A DNA stretch of 20,000 nt from Sphingomonadaceae bacterium (GTDB lineage: Bacteria; Chloroflexota; UBA6077). Position numbers and translations under genes: made by a program. Below the pieces are notes generated by a model. The model was not told the DNA's origin and ran no database searches. It saw only the letters and a list, made by a program, of their open reading frames with translations. This document shows, in pieces, positions 15,021-20,000 of the stretch (position 1 is the first letter of the stretch; every line of letters begins with the position of its first letter). The stretch is taken from the NCBI GenBank assembly GCA_050261575.1, contig JBLNDL010000033.1, positions 48,551-68,550 on the forward strand, in the 5' to 3' direction.

Positions 15021-16175
15021 GTGAGACTGTACGAGTTTGAGGGTAAGAAGCTTCTCCAGCAGAACGGTATTCCGGTGCCGCGAGGCCAGCTAGCCACGAG
15101 TCCCGAGGAGGCGGCTGTGGCCGCGGCCGCCCTCGGCGACCGGGCGGTGGTCAAGGCCCAACTCCTGGTAGGTGGTCGCGGCAAGGCGGGGCTGGTGAAG
15201 CTGGTGTCCGGCCGCAGGGAGGCTGCGGACACAGCGGCCAGGATCTTGGAGTCGAGCCTGGGGGGCCAGAGGGTCCAGAGCGTCCTGGTCGAGGAGCAGT
15301 TGTCGATATCGAGGGAGTTGTACGTCAGCCTCTCCGTGGACCGGTTGGCCGGGTGTCCACTCATCCTGGCATGTGCCGAAGGGGGCGTGGAGATCGAGGA
15401 AGTCGCCAGGACCCGTCCCGAGGCGGTCATCCGCCACCACGTGGACGTGTTGAGAGGGCTGAGGGGCTACGAGGCCATTCAGGTGGCCAAGCGGGCGGGG
15501 CTCGAGGGCGACGAGGCCGCGGCTTTCGCCCGCTTCCTCCAGAAGCTCTACACGGCCTTCTGTCAGATGGATGCCCACCTGCTGGAAGTGAACCCCCTGG
15601 TGTTTACCACCGCCGGTGACCTGCTGGCCGCCGACGCCAAGGTGATCGTGGACGACGATGCGGCCTTCCGCCAGCCCTTCCTTCGGGAGCGGAGGCAGGA
15701 GCCCGGACTCACCGAACTGGAGCGAGAGGGCCGGCAGAAGAAGGTTAGCTACGTCGATCTGGACGGCGACGTCGCGATCATGGGCAACGGCGCGGGGCTG
15801 GTGCTCTCGCTCCTGGACTTGGTGCGCCACTACGGGGCCACGCCGGCCAACTTCCTGGACACGGGGGGTGGGGCCAGCCGGACCAAGGCGAAGGATGCCC
15901 TGACGCTGGTGATGAAGAAGGCTGAGCAGGACCCGAAGGTGAAGTCGATCCTGCTGGCCTTCAGCCTCTCCATATCCCTGCCGGAGGATGCGGCGGGTGG
16001 GGTGCTCGACGCCGTGGCGGAGATGAAGCCGAGGGTGCCCATCTTTGCCGTGGTGCATGGGACCCGGGCCGAGGTTGGCGAGGAGATGCTCCGCTCGGTG
16101 GGGATCTCCACCTTCCGTTCGATCCAAGAGGCCACCCGCGCGGCGGCGACGGCCAGGGCGAGGACCGAGGACTGA
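15021..16175 (+). CDS. sucC: Succinyl-CoA synthetase-like beta subunit (ADP-forming), divergent
   Basis: MRLYEFEGK, VVKAQ..GGRGKAG, VLVEE, ELYVS, EGGVEIE, EVNPL, DAK...DDDAAFRQ, YVDLDG, GNGAGL, PANFLD.GGGA. RBS GAGGTG. Confidence 0.88.
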   Translation: MRLYEFEGKKLLQQNGIPVPRGQLATSPEEAAVAAAALGDRAVVKAQLLVGGRGKAGLVKLVSGRREAADTAARILESSLGGQRVQSVLVEEQLSISRELYVSLSVDRLAGCPLILACAEGGVEIEEVARTRPEAVIRHHVDVLRGLRGYEAIQVAKRAGLEGDEAAAFARFLQKLYTAFCQMDAHLLEVNPLVFTTAGDLLAADAKVIVDDDAAFRQPFLRERRQEPGLTELEREGRQKKVSYVDLDGDVAIMGNGAGLVLSLLDLVRHYGATPANFLDTGGGASRTKAKDALTLVMKKAEQDPKVKSILLAFSLSISLPEDAAGGVLDAVAEMKPRVPIFAVVHGTRAEVGEEMLRSVGISTFRSIQEATRAAATARARTED

Positions 16176-16220
16176 GTGGAGAGCGCTGAGTCCTGGGTCC
16201 TTGGTGCTGAATGCTGAGTT
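16172..16220. repeat. Degenerate 7-nt tandem repeat (CTGAGTG-like x7)
   Basis: ctgagtg gagagcg ctgagtc ctgggtc cttggtg ctgaatg ctgagtt, starting across the sucC stop. Confidence 0.65.
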
Positions 16221-16271
16221 GCGGCCTTCCCAGAACCACGCAGGACGCAGGGCTATTAGAGGAGGCAGAGA

Positions 16272-17141
16272 ATGTCCATTCTGGTCAACGGCAGCACCCG
16301 GGTGCTGGTGCAGGGAGCTACCGGGCGCTTTGGACAGATACAGACCAAGCTGATGTTGGACTACGGCACCAAGATCGTGGCCGGAGTAACCCCCGGGAAG
16401 GGCGGCCAGCAGGTGCTGGGAGTACCCATCTACGACACCGTGGCGGAGGCCAGGGAGCAACACTCCTTCGACGCCTCGGTTATCTACGTCCCCGCCCCCT
16501 ACACCTTGGATGCGGCGGTGGAGGCGATCGAGGGCGGCATCCCCCTCGTGGTGGTGATCACTGAGGGGGTGCCGGTGCACGACGCGATGAAGATCAGGGC
16601 GCTGGGGAAGCAGCACGGGACGTGGGTGATCGGCCCCAACTGCCCCGGCATAATCACTCCCGGCCAGACGAGCCTGGGGATGTATCCTCCCTCCTGCGCG
16701 ATGCCCGGCGCGGTGGGCGTAGCCTCCCGCAGCGGCACCCTCTGCTTCGAGGTGACCAAGCTGCTGTGCGAGGCTGGGATCGGCCAAAGCAGTTGCGTCG
16801 GCATCGGCGGGGACCCGGTCATCGGAACGAACTTCGTCGAGTACCTGAAGCTGTTCGAGCGCGACCCCGAGACCCGGGTGGTGGTGATGATCGGTGAGCT
16901 GGGCGGGAACCAGGAGGAGGACGCCGCTCGTTTCATCGCCGAAATGACGAAGCCGGTGATCGCATTCATCAGTGGCAAGAGTGCCCCACCCGAGAAGCGG
17001 ATGGGCCATGCCGGGGCGATCTCCTCGGAGGGAAGCGGCGCCGCGGTCGACAAGGTGAAGGCGCTGGAGGCGGTGGGAGTGAAGATAGCGGACACGCTGG
17101 ACGACATCGTCCGCCTCACCGCCATGTCCTTGAGATCGTAA
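16272..17141 (+). CDS. sucD: Succinyl-CoA synthetase-like alpha subunit
   Basis: MSILV, VQGATG, GVTPGKGG, ITEGVP, IGPNCPG, SRSGTL, GIGGDP, IGELGG and phospho-His motif RMGHAGA. RBS AGGAGG. Confidence 0.93.
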   Translation: MSILVNGSTRVLVQGATGRFGQIQTKLMLDYGTKIVAGVTPGKGGQQVLGVPIYDTVAEAREQHSFDASVIYVPAPYTLDAAVEAIEGGIPLVVVITEGVPVHDAMKIRALGKQHGTWVIGPNCPGIITPGQTSLGMYPPSCAMPGAVGVASRSGTLCFEVTKLLCEAGIGQSSCVGIGGDPVIGTNFVEYLKLFERDPETRVVVMIGELGGNQEEDAARFIAEMTKPVIAFISGKSAPPEKRMGHAGAISSEGSGAAVDKVKALEAVGVKIADTLDDIVRLTAMSLRS

Positions 17142-17154
17142 ACGGGTATTCGAG

Positions 17155-17230
17155 ACCGCGAAGGCACGAGGACACAGAGTAGACACAAAGGAACGCTTTG
17201 TGGCACTTTGTGCCTTGGTGCCTTTGTGGT
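17155..17230. repeat. Imperfect hairpin of 9-nt CACNAAG units (same type as 13570-13668)
   Basis: ACCGCGAAGGCACGAGGACACAGAG...CTTTGTGCCTTGGTGCCTTTGTGGT. Confidence 0.6.
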
Positions 17231-17272
17231 GAGTAGGCTCGGAATCAGTGGAAGCACAGGAGGTTTTTCGCA

Positions 17273-17785
17273 GTGACTTTGATCCCCTACAAGGGAAAGA
17301 TGCCGAAGGTGGCCGAAGACGTCTTCGTCGCCGAGGGGGCGATTCTGATCGGTGACGTGACTGTTGGCTCCGGCAGCAGCATCTGGTACAACACAGTCAT
17401 TCGGGGCGACATCGAGCCGGTTACCATCGGCCGCGACTGCAATATCCAGGACAATACCACCATTCACGTGGCACCCGGCTACCCCGCGGTGATCTGCGAC
17501 AGGGTGTCCGTCGGCCACAACGCCGTGATCCACGGCTGCACGGTGGAGGACGACGCCCTGATAGCCATCCACGCCTCGGTCCTCACTGGGGCGAAGGTAG
17601 GGGCGGGGAGCATGGTGGGGGCCGGAGCCGTGGTGGGTGAGAATAAGACGGTCCCGCCCCGGAGCCTGGCGCTGGGGGTGCCGGCGAAAGTCGTGCGCGA
17701 GTTGACGGAAGAGGACCTGACACGCATGGCGCGCACCGTGGAGCACTACGTCGCCTTGGGCCAGGAGCACAAACAGCGAGCCTGA
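17273..17785 (+). CDS. Gamma-carbonic anhydrase family protein (YrdA/CaiE/PaaY-like)
   Basis: Hexapeptide repeats. IGDV, RGD, NIQDNTTIH and VGHNAVIHGC supply the Zn-binding His triad; also G.PAK..R. RBS AGGAGG. Confidence 0.92.
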   Translation: MTLIPYKGKMPKVAEDVFVAEGAILIGDVTVGSGSSIWYNTVIRGDIEPVTIGRDCNIQDNTTIHVAPGYPAVICDRVSVGHNAVIHGCTVEDDALIAIHASVLTGAKVGAGSMVGAGAVVGENKTVPPRSLALGVPAKVVRELTEEDLTRMARTVEHYVALGQEHKQRA

Positions 17786-17802
17786 CGTAGAATCCGTAGC
17801 CG

Positions 17803-17879
17803 ATCCGCAGATGCCGCAGGTCAGCGCAGAGGGCATCCTTTGCATCGGCATCTGCGGGTATCTCCGTTCGTCTGCGGAT
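17803..17879. repeat. Imperfect hairpin of CGCAGAT units (REP-like)
   Basis: ATCCGCAGATGCCGCAGGTCAGCGCAGA...TCTGCGGGTATCTCCGTTCGTCTGCGGAT. Confidence 0.6.
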
Positions 17880-17920
17880 GGGTCCGGCCTTTGAGCTACG
17901 AGGAAGGAGCACAGATCGGG

Positions 17921-19924
17921 ATGTACCGGCAGTACGGCTTCATCGCTCCCCGCGGTGGGATCGCCACGACGGCCGAGGAGGCGGCCTCCCTGGCAGCCGA
18001 GATCGGCTTTCCCGTCGCCATGAAGATCGTCTCCCCCGACATCCTCCACAAGACCGACGTGGGGGGTGTGGAGCTCGGGTGCGCCACGGAGGAGGAGGTG
18101 AAGGCCGCCTTCTCCCGCATAGGCGCGAACGTTCGGCAGAGGGCCCCCGAGGCCCGAATCGAAGGAATCAGCGTGGAGGAGATGGTCCGGGAGGGGGTCG
18201 AGGTGATCCTCGGCCTGATCCGGGATCCCCAGTTCGGCCCCTCCATCATGTTTGGGCTGGGCGGCGTCTTCACCGAGGTGCTCCAGGACGTTAGCTTCCG
18301 AGTGCTGCCGATCACTCCGGACGATGCCCGCGCCATGCTGCGGGAGATCAAGGGGCGACCCCTGCTGCAGGGCTACCGGGGGCAGCAGCCCGTCTCGGAG
18401 GAGTTGCTGGTAGACCTGCTGATGAAGCTGAGCAGGATGGGCTTGGACCTGGGCGATCGGCTGGAGTCGGTGGACCTGAACCCCGTCGTGGTGTGGGGTG
18501 ACCAGCACCGGGTGCTGGATGCCAAGGTGCTGCTCCAGCCCGTGGAGTCCGCCAAGCCCGTCGCGCAGCCGAACCTCTCCCACCTGGATGGCTTCTTCTC
18601 CGCGAGGTCGGTGGCGGTGGTGGGAGCCTCTGCAACCTGGGGGAAGGTGGGCAACTCGGTTCTGGATAGCCTGGCCAACCACGAGTACGTGGGCAAGGTC
18701 TATCCGGTCAATCCCACTAAGGCGGAGATCATGGGGCTGAAGTGCTACCCGAGCATCTCGGCCATCCCCGAGCCGGTGGAGTTGGTGACCGTGGCCGTGG
18801 CGCTCTCGGCCGTGCCAGACCTGGTGAGGGAGTGCGGGGCCAGGGGCATCCACAACATGGTGATCCACTCGGGCGGCGGCAAGGAGCTAGGGGGCGAGAG
18901 CCAGGAGCTGGAGGCCACCATCAAGCGGCTGGCCCGGGAGAACGACGTCCGGATCGTGGGATGCAACTGCATCGGGGTGTACGATGCCGAGACGAAGCTG
19001 GACACCCTATTCCAGGTGCACGAGCGGATGGTGCGTCCAAAGAAGGGGCCTATCGCCGTCCTCTCCCAGTCGGGTACCGTGGGTGCCGCCGTGGTGGAGT
19101 CGCTGGCCGACGTGGGTGTGAGCAGGTTCGTCAGCTACGGCAACCGGATCGACGTGGACGAGGCGGACCTGATCACCTACCTGGTGGAGGACCCGGACAC
19201 TCGGGTGATCGCCATCTACGTGGAGGGGCTGGCCGAGGGACAGAAGTTCCTGGCGGCGGCCCGGCGGGTGACCCCCAGGAAGCCCATAGTCCTCTTCAAG
19301 TCGGGCCGCTCGCAGCGCGCGGCCAGGGCATCGATTTCCCATACCGGCTTCTTCGGAGGCAGCTACGGGGTCGCCGCGGGGGCCTTCCGGCAGGCGGGCA
19401 TCATCGCCGTCGATAGCTGCGAGGAGCTATCGGCGGTGGCGCGGGCCCTGGCCATGCAGCCGCGGGCCCGCGGGTCGCGGCTGGCGATGATCAGCAACGG
19501 GGCGGGAACCATGGTCCAGGCGATGGACCTGATGGAGGGCACGCTGCTGTCGATGCCGGCCCTGGCGGACGAGACGGTGGCTGCCCTGAAGAAGGTGTAC
19601 CCTCCCTTCTACCTGGTCCAGAACCCGGTGGACGTGACGGGATCGGCCACCGCCGCCGACTACGAGGTGGGGATCCAGGCGCTGCTGGACGATCCCAACG
19701 TCGACATCGTCATGCCATGGTTCGTGTTCCAGGACACCGCTCTAGAGGAGAGCATCGTGGAGGTGCTTGGGCGGGCCTCGGAGCAGCGCAAGAAGCCGAT
19801 CCTGTGCGGCTCGATGGGCGGCCCCTTCACTGAGTCGATCTCGCGGGCGATCCAGGATCGGGGCGTCCCCATGTACCACAGCGTGCGGGAGTGGGTGGCG
19901 GCGGCCAAAGGGATCGCTCGGTAA
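17921..19924 (+). CDS. ADP-forming acetate/acyl-CoA ligase (ACD family), fused with the ATP-grasp (beta) part first
   Basis: N-terminal GFPVAMKIVSPDILHKTDVGGV, DPQFGP..MFGLGG, DLNP, DAK. These are followed by CoA-binding SVAVVGAS, YPVNP, SQSG, GNRIDV, YVEG, KSGRS, phospho-His SHTG, NPVDVTG. Start ATG 17921 (GAAGGAG upstream) or TTG 17891. Confidence 0.9.
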   Translation: MYRQYGFIAPRGGIATTAEEAASLAAEIGFPVAMKIVSPDILHKTDVGGVELGCATEEEVKAAFSRIGANVRQRAPEARIEGISVEEMVREGVEVILGLIRDPQFGPSIMFGLGGVFTEVLQDVSFRVLPITPDDARAMLREIKGRPLLQGYRGQQPVSEELLVDLLMKLSRMGLDLGDRLESVDLNPVVVWGDQHRVLDAKVLLQPVESAKPVAQPNLSHLDGFFSARSVAVVGASATWGKVGNSVLDSLANHEYVGKVYPVNPTKAEIMGLKCYPSISAIPEPVELVTVAVALSAVPDLVRECGARGIHNMVIHSGGGKELGGESQELEATIKRLARENDVRIVGCNCIGVYDAETKLDTLFQVHERMVRPKKGPIAVLSQSGTVGAAVVESLADVGVSRFVSYGNRIDVDEADLITYLVEDPDTRVIAIYVEGLAEGQKFLAAARRVTPRKPIVLFKSGRSQRAARASISHTGFFGGSYGVAAGAFRQAGIIAVDSCEELSAVARALAMQPRARGSRLAMISNGAGTMVQAMDLMEGTLLSMPALADETVAALKKVYPPFYLVQNPVDVTGSATAADYEVGIQALLDDPNVDIVMPWFVFQDTALEESIVEVLGRASEQRKKPILCGSMGGPFTESISRAIQDRGVPMYHSVREWVAAAKGIAR

Positions 19925-19933
19925 CAGGGTCGC

Positions 19934-19970
19934 GGGGGGGGGGGGCGGGGGCGGGGGCCCCAGGGCGGGG
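19934..19970 (+). other. G-rich tract (G12 run followed by several G3-G5 runs)
   Basis: GGGGGGGGGGGG C GGGGG C GGGGG CCCCA GGG C GGGG directly after the ACD stop. Confidence 0.6.
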
Positions 19971-20000
19971 CCGCACCCCCGACACCAGCCACGCCGACCC

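Noticed and set aside
13570..17879. CRISPR array interpretation of the short repeats
   Set aside because: Units are 7-9 nt, degenerate and palindromic, with no repeat-spacer periodicity and no cas genes.
6777..17920. Extended N-termini from the ORF track (starts at 6777, 9078, 9526, 11608, 14408, 17840; likewise 2174 and 5026)
   Set aside because: They overlap neighbouring genes or repeats. Downstream starts fit family N-termini better, and most have an RBS.
3318..18868. Long alternative-frame or antisense ORFs (e.g. 3318-5114, 5185-6276, 15090-17186, 16499-18868)
   Set aside because: Shadow ORFs of high-GC genes. They are Arg/Pro/Gly-rich or antisense mirrors, have no motifs and overlap well-supported CDSs.

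Overview
GC-rich bacterial chromosomal window, probably Chloroflexota (inferred from a Chloroflexi-style 'FFxETGFRI...GGxxxFGxPxS' secreted domain and a Pro/Thr-rich membrane protein). Minus-strand block: tyrS, a secreted PQQ-dependent (GSDH-type) dehydrogenase, an orphan lasso-peptide-like module (RRE/B1, B2 peptidase, nucleotidyltransferase; no cyclase or convincing precursor here), and a partial DUF438/hemerythrin gene. The middle holds an unknown Cys-tailed protein, pncA, an eIF-2B/R15P-isomerase-like protein lacking the catalytic residues, clpS, serA, a Pro/Thr-rich protein, an HD protein, VKOR and a stand-alone GAF protein. The right end is an acyl-CoA ligase operon (divergent sucCD, gamma-carbonic-anhydrase-like gene, beta-alpha-ordered ADP-forming acyl-CoA synthetase). 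The most striking unannotated signals are two different non-coding hairpin elements, each present twice at about 78% identity. Element A (2975-3028 / 14502-14555) shows covariation and a conserved loop. Element E (6756-6828 / 14666-14739) has 18-bp terminal inverted repeats and looks MITE-like. Second copies of both lie in the 14280-15020 intergenic region, together with a DnaA-box cluster. Several REP-like palindrome types occupy other spacers. All assignments come from manual reading; no searches were run.
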